Assembly: GCA_002269645.1 (NCBI GenBank) | Contig: NIVC01000610.1 | Location: forward strand, 1-64,000 | Origin: Macrostomum lignano | Taxonomy: Eukaryota | DNA: 64,000 nt | Direction of reading: 5' to 3' | Shown: positions 1-11,958 of the stretch, one piece after another | Layout of the letters: each line of letters begins with the position of its first letter | Numbering within the stretch: the first letter of the stretch is position 1 | Position numbers and translations under genes: made by a program | Notes under the pieces: generated by a model | What the model was told of the DNA's origin: nothing | Database searches by the model: none | What the model saw: only the letters and a program-made list of their open reading frames with translations

Positions 1-789
1 CGTTTGTCAAGTGAAAACTAACCAATTAATTTTTTTATTGGTAATCCTTTAAAAACATCGGCCACATGAAGTATTGTTCAAATAGTCTAACAATTTTTAG
101 GGGAAAATCGCCAGAAACTAAAAGCAACTGCTGGTAAGAGAAGCAAAAACAAGAGTACAAAAAATATCTGCGATTATAAAAAGAAGAATAAAATGTCTCA
201 ATCATGCTATCAGTAGTACTGTACAGATATATATATTGACTATGTAAAGAGCTCATCATAAACTCTCGAAACGAATACCAAATTAAAAACAATATGGGCG
301 TGAAAGTGCTCAGAAATATACAGACTATTAATGGAAGATTAACTCTTAATAAGAGACAAAAGTGCATTAAATAACGCTTGAGCGTTTCAGTGTAACCATG
401 GCAACAAAACAGGCTGGGAAGCGTCGAAAAGAATAAAACAAAATAATAAAGCTGACTAAAAATATCAATGAAACCATCAGTATTGCAACGTAGTAGATGA
501 CAATGGAATGAGGAAAAAGTATGAATAAACGTGAAAACTTGACATGAAGAATCTGTGCGCCTTAGCAGCATAACAATATTAACAATAAGAGATAAGTGAC
601 CTTGGAGTATGCACATATTGCATAGCATAGCTAGTGAGAAAATGTTATGTCTATAACATCAAAGGAATCTATTAGCTAGATTTTTGTATAGATGGCCCAC
701 AGCTCATGGATAGATGCTATCTAGATATCAGAGATAGCATCTATGTGCGAGTTACGAGCGTAATACTCTATAATAATAATAATAATATA

Positions 790-1075
790 GATACGATAGA
801 CAGATGCTGCTTAGATATCATATAGATACAATAGATAGGTGCTGTCTAGATATCATATAGATACAATAGATAGGTGCTGTCTAGATATCATATAGGATAC
901 AGTAGGTAGATGCTGTCTAGATATCATATAGATACGGTAGGTAGATACTGTCTAGATATCATATAGATAAGGTAGATAGATACTGTCAAAATATCATATA
1001 GAAACGATAGCTAGATACTGTCTAGATACGGTAGATAGATGCTGGTGGGTAGTGTGCAGTTGCCATCTATATCTA
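790..1075. repeat. Degenerate ~35-bp tandem repeat (CTAGATATCATATAGATAC...GTAGATACTGT)
   Basis: About 7 visible imperfect copies. Confidence 0.8.
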
Positions 1076-1127
1076 GACGCCTAAGTACTAAATTCTCTAC
1101 TACAAGTAGGCAATCGCAATTTTGTCC

Positions 1128-4100
1128 CTAACTAGTGCGGCAGCTTCGTATCAGACCGGCTGCACCGTCGCAAGAGATGAAGGACGAGGCTGGGCCGATG
1201 GCAACAGTCGATGGCGGGACGCCAGCAGCCGGACCAGCCGAGGCTGAAGCGGCAACTGATGATGCGGTGGGCCCCAGCTTAGCCAAAGCAGACCGCCGTC
1301 TAGCCATGACAGCTAGCAACAGGCAGAGCGGTAAAGCCGCTGCAGCCAGAAGCAGAAAACGGTCTTTGTTGGGTGACGCTGCTCGAGATGATGTTGACAC
1401 AGAAGATCGGATGCTGCTAGGAATAAAACGAAACCAACGAAGCAGCAAAGAGCCTGCAAATGCAATTAAGTTAAACAAATAATTGGTAGAAATTGATTGC
1501 TATCATATACATAGAACTATAAAATAAAATTGAGTTTGCAATCAGCTTCCATACAGCATCATGCCTTAGTATTTTCTTGATTTCAAATTCATTTGGTCTG
1601 CGAATGCTTGATTAGGATAAAAAGCTCCGCATATGTATACATGTATGTATTAATGTTGTGTACTTTCTCAATCTCATTAATTAATCCGCTTTCCCTTTGC
1701 CTTTCTTGGCAACTCTTATCTAGTCCCTGACAGTCTTATATTCTCCCTGACAGGTCTCATCATATCGCTGACAGGTCTTATCTTGTCCCTGAAAGGTCTT
1801 ATCTTGTCCCTGACAGGTCTAATCTTATTCCTGACAGATCTTATCTTGTCCCTGACAGGTCTAATCTTATTCCTGACAGATCTTATCTTATCCCTGTCAG
1901 GTCTAATCTTATTCCTGACAGAACGTATCTAATCTCGGACAGATATTATCTTGTCCCTGAAAGATCTTATCTTGTCCCTGAAAGATCTTGTCTTATCTCT
2001 GACAGATCTTATCTGGTCCCTGACGGATCTTATCTTGTCTTTAACAAATCCATCTTGTCCCTGACAGGTTGTATCCGTCTCGTCTCTTGTCTAGACACAC
2101 CTAGCTTTCCGCCTACACGCTTAACATTGTCCTAACACACCAATATTGTCCCAACACACTAACTCCTGCCCATACACCCACAACCACATCAGCGCAACTC
2201 ACTCCGCAGTTTAGACAGCCAGCTCGCAGACTCGCTCCCGGAGTTGCCGGGACAAGGCCGGTCATCTGACGAGCCAACAGTGGGCGCAGCGGCGGCAGCC
2301 AGAGGACTGGACTGAGCGGCAACATCCTCATCATCAGCAGCAGCATCGGCCATATGCTCAATAGTAGAGAATGCTGTAGAATCCGATGCAGTCAGATTCA
2401 ATAGCAAATCGTTGCCCAGACTAGTTTCATACTGTTCAGCGTATCGCAAATCTAATCGAGCTGTCAATCTATCAGAGTCTGTCAGATCCGAGCCGCGATG
2501 TAAAACAGGATTATCCATCTGGCCAGATGCCTCCTCCAGCACAGCGGCCACTCGGCGAGTCTCGGCCGGGCCAACTGGCCGCTAAAGCTGTTATTATTGG
2601 AATTGCGACCCGCAGGCAGCAGAGCGGCAAACTGTTGCATTGGCAGGCGTTGCCAGGCAACCCGATCAACAGCATTAGTCGGTAGGCGGATTACGCTAGC
2701 CGAAACTGCGGCTGCTGCGTCGCCGAGGTCAACCTCGTCCGGGCCGAGGCACAGCACCACCAGCGACGGACTGCCCGACGCGGCAGCTCGAAGAACGCGC
2801 CGACATTCGGCGGCCGATTCGCGGGTAGCAACCAACGCCAGGCAACGGCAATTCCCTGGGAGCAGCTCGCCGCCGCTGCCACTCTGACTATCAATCGAGT
2901 CCCAAGCGGTGAGCGAGTAGCAACAGAGTCCGAGCTGCAGTCGCAGTCGCCTACTAAAGTAAGCGGCAAACTGAACAGCCAGCCAGTCGTCAGTGTCGCC
3001 AGAATAGTACAGCGAACTGGCCAATATAATATCGTAGCAAGCGGCCGGATCATAAGCCGATCTCGCTAACGGTCGATAGTCATCAATTGGAGTCCAAGTG
3101 ACGCGCAGAATACGCGCCAGGGCGCGCCAACCGGCGCTATCAGTATCTAGAATAGTTGAGCCGGCGCCTAACTGTAACAACGGATAGGCCAGAAAGTCAA
3201 CCTCCGCCGGGCTCAACAATCCGGCATCGGTGTCGCCGTCGCCAACGTCCAGATTGGTCACCAGATAGCGGCCGCTCCAGGCGGGCCGGCGGCTGACCAG
3301 GTGTACAAATAGGCGAGGTAAGAAAGCGCGGAACAATCTGACAGTGCTAGGAGTGACCAGGAACATGCAGTACTCAGCATCGGCTAGCGGGTCATCGGAG
3401 TCTTCATCGTCGCCATCTAGCCGACTGAGAAGCTGCTCAGCTGGCAGGCTCAGACAGCGGCAGGAGCGACGCTCGGCCTCCAACGCTAAACTGAGCCGTT
3501 GAACGAAGTCTTTCACCGAGCCAGCGGCCGCATCGCCCTCACTGAATAAGAGCCCGTCGGCGCTAACCAATGCCAGTTTGAAATCGCGCCGGCGGCCGTA
3601 ACAGCTGCCGGATTCGAACTCGCTGGCCAGCTGGCCGACGTTAACGCCGGCCAGGCTGTCGTCTGAGAAGGCGCCGCCTGACTGCGGGGAGTTTCGGCAT
3701 GGCGGGGAGTTGGGGTGATTTTTAATAATCCCAAAAGCGTTGCCCTGACGGAACTAAGAGCCTGTATAGGAGAATATTCCATAGGGGATAGGGACATGAT
3801 ACCCCTCATGGGATCTTTTGGGCGATTTGCTACTCTATACTCGTACTCTAAATAATCTTTGGGCGTATCTCCCACTCCCTACAGATTCCTACGGTACAAT
3901 CTGCCACTCCCTACAGGTTCCTACGGTACAATCTGCCACTCCCTACAGGTTCCTACGGTACAATCTGCCGCTCCCTACAGAATCCTACGGTACAATCTGC
4001 CGCTCCCTACAGAATCCTACGGCACAATCTCCCACTCCCTACAGAATCCTACGGTACAATCCCCCACTCCCTACAGAATCCTACGGCACAATCCTCCACT

Positions 4101-5111
4101 CCCTACAGATTCCTACGGCACAATCTGCCACTCCCTACAGAATCCTACGGTACGAGCTACAATCTACCACTCCCTACAGAATCCTACGGCACAATCTGCC
4201 ACTCCCTACAGAATCCTACGGCACAATCTGCCACTCCCTACAGAATCCTACGGTACGAGCTACAATCTACCACTCCCTACAGAATCCTACGGTACAATCT
4301 CCCACTCCTTACAGAATCCTACGGCACAATCTGCCACTCCCTACAGAATCCTACGGCACAATCTGCCACTCCCTACAGAATCCTACGGCACAATCTGCCC
4401 CAATCGAGCAGGTCTGCCACTCCTTAATTCCAGCAGAAAATAACATTTACCCCGGACAAATTCGTCTACAACCCGTCGGACGCGCCCGGATGCCGCCGAG
4501 TCGAACTCGTCGCCGGCGGCACCCAAGTCTTCAGGCGACTCGTTCAACATTAGGAAGATCGCCTTCCAGCACTCGGACTCCGCTAGCCAGATGGACTCAG
4601 CCTCGGACTCATCGAAGGTGTCGCCAGTCAAAGCTCGGAAAACAATCGGCTCTCGAGCCGAGGCCGCCTCGAAATCTAAGCCGTTAGTTAGGCCTTCAAA
4701 TTCTTCCATAGCAACAAAGATTAAACGCCGTCGGCAGCGTTGGCGACACCTGGCCCCACCGAGACCGGCCAGAAACTTTTTCAATGGTACTAGAGAGCGC
4801 GGACTGACTACTAACAGGCAGTAGTCAGATAGGGACAGCAAATTAGATAGATAAATTCCAACTTCGTTTTCATTCTCAGCTACTGAGGCGGAGGACACGG
4901 CTGCGGCAGCGACATCGAAGGCCGAACAGCTGGCAGGCAGCGGGCTGGCGCAGCCCAATAATTCATCGATTCGCCGTTTTAACAGGGCAGAAAATCGTTC
5001 AGCCAGACGGTCGGGCCTGGCCGGCACCACAGATTTCAAGGCTCGGCCATAGTCCGAGGGCGAGACCACGGTGAACCGGTGAGGCCTGGCCTGGCCGCTG
5101 TCCGCTGCCAT
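1128..5111 (-). CDS. Spliced gene, ~808 aa: three TIR-like (flavodoxin-fold, BCAP/Dof-like) domains, acidic linker, C-terminal TM helix. Exons (minus): 5111-4451, 3677-2610, 2574-2203, 1453-1128
   Basis: ORFs 4383..5111, 2482..3570, 2189..2551 and 1128..1478 join through phase-1 GT-AG introns: G|gtaaat...gtcag|GC, G|gtcgca...gccag|TT (35 nt), A|gtgagt...ttgcag|GC. Exon lengths 661+1068+372+326=2427 nt. Three units share a beta/alpha pattern with central strands SDYCLLVVSP / AEYCMFLVTP / NCRCLALVAT and terminal W helices (CWKAI / GWRAL / AWQRL). Hydrophobic stretch FLLLAAAALPLCLLLAVMA is followed by RRR. The TIR call is by eye only. Confidence 0.7.
1725..2070. repeat. 21-bp minisatellite (TCTTGTCCCTGACAGGTCTTA) in the last intron of the TIR-like gene
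   Basis: Tandem copies read directly. Confidence 0.9.
3873..4396. repeat. 32-bp minisatellite (CTACGGCACAATCTGCCACTCCCTACAGAATC) in intron 1 of the TIR-like gene
   Basis: Tandem copies; explains spurious ORFs 3818..4687 and 3859..4443. Confidence 0.95.
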
Positions 5112-7517
5112 GCCAGCAATAATTGCGTTTTATTGCTGAAATTATTTGCCAGTTTTGGGATGGAGAAGGAGAAAAATAAGCTGTTCGTCCTTGACCTGTC
5201 ACTGCTTGAAATCCTAAAAAGTCCTACATGTATTTAGGTTTATCTGCAATTTCCAAGAATCTTAAAGTTATAAATCTTTGTAGGTTGTCTTTTGTTTTTT
5301 ACCTTTCAGCTTTAGGTTTTCCAATATTGCATGTTGGATTTATAAACTTTATCTGAGCTATATAAATTTCTCATTTTTGCAAGTACAATTAAAACCCAAG
5401 TTGCAAAATTGGGGTACACATAGCAGGGGGTTTCCACTGTAGCTATAGGAAGTTAAAGATGTGGATGTTTTTACGCAGAACATATGAATACGGGTATGGT
5501 TACAGGACAAGAACATACAATTCCTATTTCTTACAACATTGGCCATGCAAGTTGAAATTTTGGCTCTAATTAGGGGAACTGACTTTTTGGCAAAGATACT
5601 AGAATAACTAGATGGGCCACTCAACATATTTGCCTGTAATCTACTTTCAGTTCAGTAAATTTATTAAACAGAAAAATTTTATTTTGTTTCTATTTTTATT
5701 TTAAAGCCAAGGCTTGTTTGTTGGCTCTTAACCCCCCCAGCTTAAACCCTCCTGCCTTTCCACACTACCCCTACCCTGTCCCAATTTTTATTGCCTTTCT
5801 TAGAATACCAGCCTAAAGCTGCCATGTACGTTTCAGTGGACTGGCTAATGTACATTATGGCTGAACCAATTAGCAAGCTGTTTACGCCTACAAGCTTGGG
5901 CTTCTAAACTCATCAAAGCTGCCTTTTTTATAAAATAGCTTATGTATTCTTTTTAGCTACTGAATTGAAAATAGAAAGCTATTTTACTACCTGCTGGGAA
6001 AAAACTGACTTACTGCGCCAGGTCGAAGAGCCAAGTAACCTGGCGCACTCACCACCAACTTGGGCCATGGGGTTGTTCATATATAAAAAAACAAAAGTTT
6101 TAGTTGTATGTTTTTATGCAAGTTATTTATTGTTTTGTAATAGTTATAAGTAAGTAAAAAATGTGTATTACATGCTACCTTCTAATAAGTAGAATCAAAT
6201 AATTATCCAGTAAATGAAATGGGTGAATCCTTTAAAAAACTTAATTGTGCAAATGACACGCGCGATTTGCAATCCGAATGATCAATGAATATTTTATAGC
6301 TAAATTTAATTAAGCTTTGATTACTTAACGAGTGTAATTCCAGACATAATTTTGTTATGAATTACATAATTTGACAGTGGATGAAAACTGAAAAGTGCCA
6401 TTTTTGTCTATATACTACTTTTACATATACATTTATTGTTCACATCATTATCTTATTCGCAAAGCTCATTTAAAGACCCTATGCCTATAAAATACATCTT
6501 AAGTCTGTTAGCTTTGTCTCAAGATGCAAATATAACATTGCATTTAAGTATAAATGCAAATCTGATTATTTGTTATAACCTCTAGACAGAGTAATTTAAT
6601 TTTATCACTGGGACAGATCATTGGAGCTGTTTATTCTATGTCATGTGTGTGAACCTAATGTATTTGATATCCTTTTAAATTGTGAAAATATAAACCAGAG
6701 TAGATCTAAAGTATAGGCCCCAAATGTTTAGATATCCAAATACAATTTAGTGTTGCAAAAAGATAAAATGTAATTTGAACCAAAAAAGTGAAAATGAAAT
6801 GAAAATGAAAAACTGTCTATGATAATTGTGGTGTATAGATATGTATTTTTAGTACTAATTTACTACTAATATTAAATTGGGCCAATTATTATTAGCTTTA
6901 GTAGTTACTATTATTTAGTGTTGCTGAGAAGTTGCTATAAGATATGCAATACTTATGTATAACTAACAGATACTTTAGGCACATTAGGACACTTTAATTA
7001 AAGTTATACTAGTTTGCCTAATCTTGTTCTTTGCTATATGTGGATATTTACAATGAAGTGTTGATATTTATTGATGAATACAAATTAGCTTTATAGAATT
7101 TTCAATAGTTTTCTAAATGTATTTTAAATGCTAAAAGTAATGGCTTAACATGTTTAGAAGTTTAACATGTTTCTGTCTGTCTAATTATCCAACAAAATGT
7201 AGCTGGCGGATGACGTTAATGGTTGCTTGGCAACGGTAGTTAAGGATATATCATGGCCTTCGAGATCACGGGTGTGACAGCTTATTGAAAAACTATTTGA
7301 GCAAACTTTCTTGACAGCCAATTTGGACAGACGCACAGACCCTACGGCTTTACTTCCAAACCCCTGTTATCGCTGTTTCCCCCCGGGCCCCGCTCCCAAA
7401 CCCCAGATGCCCCCCCAAGTCATCTGAAGCTCTACTTTTCAACCAAGTCTATTCCCCTGATAGCTCATTGCTACAGTACCTGGTTGCGACAGCACACGCC
7501 ACACGCCCACGTTGGCT

Positions 7518-7596
7518 GTCGCCAGCACCATAGACCGTCGCCAGCACCATAGACTGTCGCCAGCACCATAGACCGTCGCCAGCACCATAGACCGTC
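7518..7596. repeat. 19-bp tandem repeat x4 (GTCGCCAGCACCATAGACC)
   Basis: Direct reading. Confidence 0.9.
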
Positions 7597-7979
7597 ATCA
7601 GCTATGCAACACATTTCACGTATTTGCTCTATTCAGTTGCTTACTCATCTGTGTTAATTGCTTTGCTCACCCTTTGCTTATCAATTCGACTATTTTTTAT
7701 TTTCTTCTTTTATTTCCTTGTCTTTGCATGCTAAAATAAAATTGTATGTGCTAACCATGTGCAACTTTCAACCGAATTGTATGTTTGTTTATCCTTTATA
7801 AATCACAATGTAGCTAGCTATATTAATGCGACAGCTGCAGACGAAAATATGAAACTGAGGCTGGGGAATTGTAGTCAATTATAGGAACTTGCGGGCAAAT
7901 TAGTCGATATTTGGGCAGAGAAATCAATTACTCAGCCCAATCAATCATTTTCGGGATTTCCTTATTGCAGAAAGTGTAC

Positions 7980-9338
7980 AATGGAAAGGGCATTTGTTAT
8001 CCAGCTGACACAAGGGTCGAAAGAAATTATGGCTGCCGCGATATCCTGCATAATCATAGAGTCAACTGCAGCCACGAAAGTCTGCTATAGAACAAAAGCC
8101 TCCATACAGCTTGGAGACAAATTCACCAGTGCATGGTGCTTACCAAGGCGCTTCCGACAACTGAGTTGGCAAGCTCCGTGGCCAGCACTATAAACAAAGT
8201 GAGAAGCTTCTGTTAAATGATGTTGACATTACAATGCATGTATTCATATATGGATATTATAATTGCATTATATAATTATAATATGCATTGCTCCTACATT
8301 CATATAATCAGGTTTGCAGAACGAGCAGCAATGCCGGCCAGCCTACAAGACAGGTGCCTCTGCCACAGCAGTGCAGGAGGTGCCAAGTGTTGGACGTGGA
8401 GGTGAAGCAGCTACGGACCGAACTCAACAAGTGCCACAGAGAGATGTGCAGGGAGCTCAGCATGCTCAAAGAAATAAGCATGCACAATATCCTGGGATCA
8501 GTCAGATCAGACTCGTCAGCTCAGGCTACAATATCAGGTGCCATTGACCTGCAACGTAGCCCATCCACCCCATCGGATGGCAACAGAAACAATGCCATGA
8601 GCGAGGCTGTATGCACCACCAAGGCCAAAACCATTGCTTTAAGCAACCATCTCCCGGCGATCAGAATTCAGTGCAGTCTACTGACCATGGCAACTGCTAA
8701 AGTCGTCTGGATGCCAGTTGCTAAGATGTTAGACGCATTGACGCGATCACTTTTAGATGCTCTTGTCCCAGTAGAAGAGCGCCAGACTAAGTCATTGCTT
8801 CCTATTTGTAAAGTTAAGTGTCACAACGATATATTCAACAAAAAATTTACAAGCGTACATGCACATATTTATTTCACACTGCAATTCCTACAACCATCCT
8901 TGCCAAAATTATCATCCCACCTTTCCCTAGAAACCAAACAAAGAAATGCATTTCATAAACTTAAAATCAACCTTCAGGTGGAAACCCCAGCAGGAGTCCG
9001 CACCTCAAGGATATCATCGCTGACAGGGCATACGACCCTAGAGCCACGGCGATTGCTGCATTTGTTATCAAGCAGCTGGATAGGGTCACCCTGGCTGACA
9101 GATTCAGGGTGGTGAGAAAAGTTCTCCGATACAATCGCTACGATACGGCTACGATACGATACGGCTACAGGCAGTTTCTGCTATACCTACATCCTCAGCT
9201 TCTGCTGCAGCTGCATCGTCAGCTTCTGCTGCAGCTATATCATCAGCTTTTGCTGCAGCTACATCGTCAACTTCTGCTGCAGCATCTTTGATGGCCCAGG
9301 CCAACTACTGCAAGTCGACAAAGCCCAAACATCCTTGA
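7980..9338 (+). pseudogene. Decayed spliced gene for a coiled-coil + BEN/DUF4806-like protein inside the transposon. Exons approx. ?-8198, 8312-8807, 8978-9338
   Basis: AAA|gtgaga...aatcag|GTT (phase 0) and T|gtaaag...cttcag|GT (phase 1) give CRRCQVLDVEVKQLRTEL (coiled coil), then LDALTRSLLDALVPVEERQTKSLLPICGN...YDPRATAIAAFVIKQL...RVVRKVLRYNRYD, a BEN-like helical pattern. An in-frame stop lies upstream (ESLL*NK) and an 11-bp duplication GATACGGCTAC (9142-9152) shifts the C-terminal frame. Confidence 0.55.
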
Positions 9339-11119
9339 CTGCTGCATACACAAATGGGCAGCATTTCCCCAACGCCAACAAACGACAGCTTCACGACGTG
9401 CTTCAGTCAAATCAATGGAGAACTTATCAATATGATAGAATTGTAAGACAATTGATTTTTTACTAACAACTTTTTGACTCATATTGTTATCATGAATTAA
9501 GTGCCGTTTGCAGCCACACCTAATTGCTTTTTTTGCTATTTTTTGTTCTTCATTTTTGCTTCTTTTCATATACATAACTGCTATTCACATGGTGACTGTG
9601 GTCAGTGAAAGTCTGTGAAAGTAAAAAGCAATAGAAACAATGGGGAAACCAGAGAAAATGAGAGCACAATCAGGGATTTTTTTCTTGCGTTTCACGCATT
9701 TTGTGAATGTTACATTTATAGCCATTCTCATACATGTAGTAGTTAATATTATATTGCTATAGTTGTGTCAATCTTTATTGTAATTTTTTTATAATTTTAA
9801 AAAATCCTCTTCACAAGTGGCCACTGTTTCTAGAGTCACCCTATACAATGTTTTCAGCTGATTAAGCAAAGCGCATATCCATTGTGAAAGTATACTAGCT
9901 GCAGAGATCCAGAAAAATTTTTCTGTATCTTGAAAGTACAAGTTTGCATATATCTTCTCTTGCAATCAATGTATGCTTGTGTATACTTTTTGAAAAAGTT
10001 TTAAGATGTGCGTAGTTTACATGTGCACCACAAAAATATAAAATGATTGCTTTTATTGTTACATAACGAAAAAATTATGCAAAGTTATGAAAATGCTACT
10101 GCTATTTTATTAATAATGATAAAGTGATGAAACCTTATTTACAGTGATCTTGCATTGCATTGTTTGTCTTTTTAGACAGAAGGAGACTTAAATATCTCTA
10201 ATTTATAGCACCTGCCTATGTACATGATGCAAATTATAAACTGAGCGCATAAACGAGTCGTGTTTATATACACATACAAGGGAAAATCATTTAGTTTGGA
10301 AAAAATCTTCTATACAACTAAATTTAGTAGTACAAATTTCATACTTGCTACTGAGGTTCAGTAATTTGTATAGTATGCTGAACTGCTTTCTGTGCGCGTG
10401 CAAAATTCTGGGTCACTTTATGCCACGTCGGCGCTGCATTGCCAAGTTGGTGCTAAGTTCTTAATGGCTTCTGGATTGGTTGGTTGTCGTGGCGCTAACC
10501 TGGCGCAGACTGACCCACTCAACCCGGCGCATCCGCCAACATTTTTTCCAGCAGGTAGGTATATGCCTGAGTGGCCCATCTAATCATTTAAGTATCTATG
10601 CTTTTTGGCACATCCCCTCTTTGTGGCATTTGTAGTTGGCACAAGGTGTGGTTAATATTGTTATCTATAGGCAACAAAGATATTTGATACCATGTACATT
10701 TTATATGAATAGGATCATAAAGACTAAAGTTAAGATGAATAAATTCACTTTCAATATAAAGGGAACTTTTAAGTCCCTATGGTCAAGGACTCAAGCAACA
10801 AAGATTTTTATTTTCATTTGCATATTATATGATTGGCATAATTAAAAGTTATAATAAGTTATAGGAAAATAATTAGTTATAGATATGGATATATTGTTGG
10901 AAAAAATATATTTGGCAATTGAATATAAATATCAAAAAACTTTGGTTATGGCAAAATAGTAAATTATGCACTTTAAGCCACATCATTACACAACTAGCTA
11001 GAAACATTATTGCCTATCCTGTTAATTTCTTAAGTAGGCATATAAGTATATAGACTATATTTTTAGTATATAGGATATTCAATTATATATATATGCATAT
11101 ATGGTGTTATATACATAGG

Positions 11120-11958
11120 CAGTGTTGGGCACTTCCGTTACCGAGTAACTTGCAAATGGTAACGCAAGTTACTTTTTCGTAAAGCGTTCCTTACGCAAGT
11201 TACTTTTTTATTTTAGTAACGGAGTAACGGTAAGTTACTCAAATTTCAGAAGTCCGTTACAGTTACTTTGCAACAATCGCAATATTTAAATTTAAAACTG
11301 AAATGCTTAGCTATTACGCCGGTTGTCACATGTTTTTGCATTTTTCATTCCTAAATTCAAAATTAAGTGAATAGTATCATATGGTATTGCGCTTAATTAA
11401 TGAAGAAATACTTGAAACATGTTTTACTTAGTTAATTTCGGTAAAATATTGTCGCCTTTCATTTTCGTTACTAAAAATTTTCAAGTTTGATTCAAACAAA
11501 CAACCAAAGAAAGAAATTCATCTGTAGCCTCCACAAGTCCCTCCACTGGCACTGCAGTACACTATACCATTTTATACAGTTCTATTTATTTTACTCTATT
11601 GAATTATTGATATTCGTTTATTTTATCATTTATAATTTTAATTATTGATTGCCATTGCCCATTGGTCCTTCTACTTGCCTTACATCGTGTCGCCAATTCC
11701 TGTCTCTGTCTGTTAATCGGTTAATCCCAATGCCCAATGGCAAATTTCGGTAACAACAATGTAAAAAAATGTGCAATGTGAAAAAAGCTGAAAATTTTGT
11801 TAATAACATGGGTAACGGAAGTGAGTAACGGACAGTAACTTAAAAGTTACCAGGTTTTTGTCTAAAGTTACTAGGCTAACGTAAGTTACTTTTTAAAAAT
11901 TGGTAACTTAAGTTACAGTAACGCAAGTTACTTTTTTTGAGTAACTTGCCCAACACTG
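11120..11958. mobile_element. hAT-type MITE (839 bp), TIR CAGTGTTGGGCA, 8-bp TSD TACATAGG
   Basis: TACATAGG at 11112-11119 and 11959-11966; TIRs CAGTGTTGGGCA / TGCCCAACACTG; many subterminal GTAACG/AGTTAC motifs; 8-bp TSD and CAG terminus are typical of hAT. Confidence 0.92.

Larger units (their letters stand above)
5990..10555. mobile_element. DNA transposon, 4566 bp, TIR CCTGCTGG(G)AAAAAA, TA target duplication, subterminal TGCGCCAGG and CACCAACTTGG motifs; carries a BEN-like gene; no transposase seen; superfamily unassigned (CACTA/EnSpm-like architecture)
   Basis: Left ttttacTA|CCTGCTGGGAAAAAAA; right TTTTTTCCAGCAGG|TAggtatatgcc. The empty site in the sister MITE reads ttttacTAagtatatatgcc (33061-33080). 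Motifs at 6014-6063 and 10442-10531. Confidence 0.85.
5594..10597. mobile_element. MITE copy 1 (core TAGATGGGCCACTCA...TGAGTGGCCCATCTA), split at its internal TA (5988-5989) by a 4.57-kb transposon
   Basis: 5609-5989 plus 10556-10582 are colinear with the intact copy at 32681-33095 (shared CTAAAGCTGCCATGTAC...GTGGACTGGCTAATGTACATT...AAGCTTGGGCTTCTAAAC); terminal inverted repeats present. Confidence 0.85.

Noticed and set aside
35-628. 197-aa minus-strand ORF and other 60-190-aa ORFs in AT-rich DNA (e.g. 34986..35564, 43282..43791, 59147..59524)
   Set aside because: AT-rich composition unlike the GC-rich true exons; no domains or splice context
1135-1482. Plus-strand 115-aa ORF
   Set aside because: Antisense shadow of the TM-encoding last exon of the TIR-like gene; no motif and no splice support
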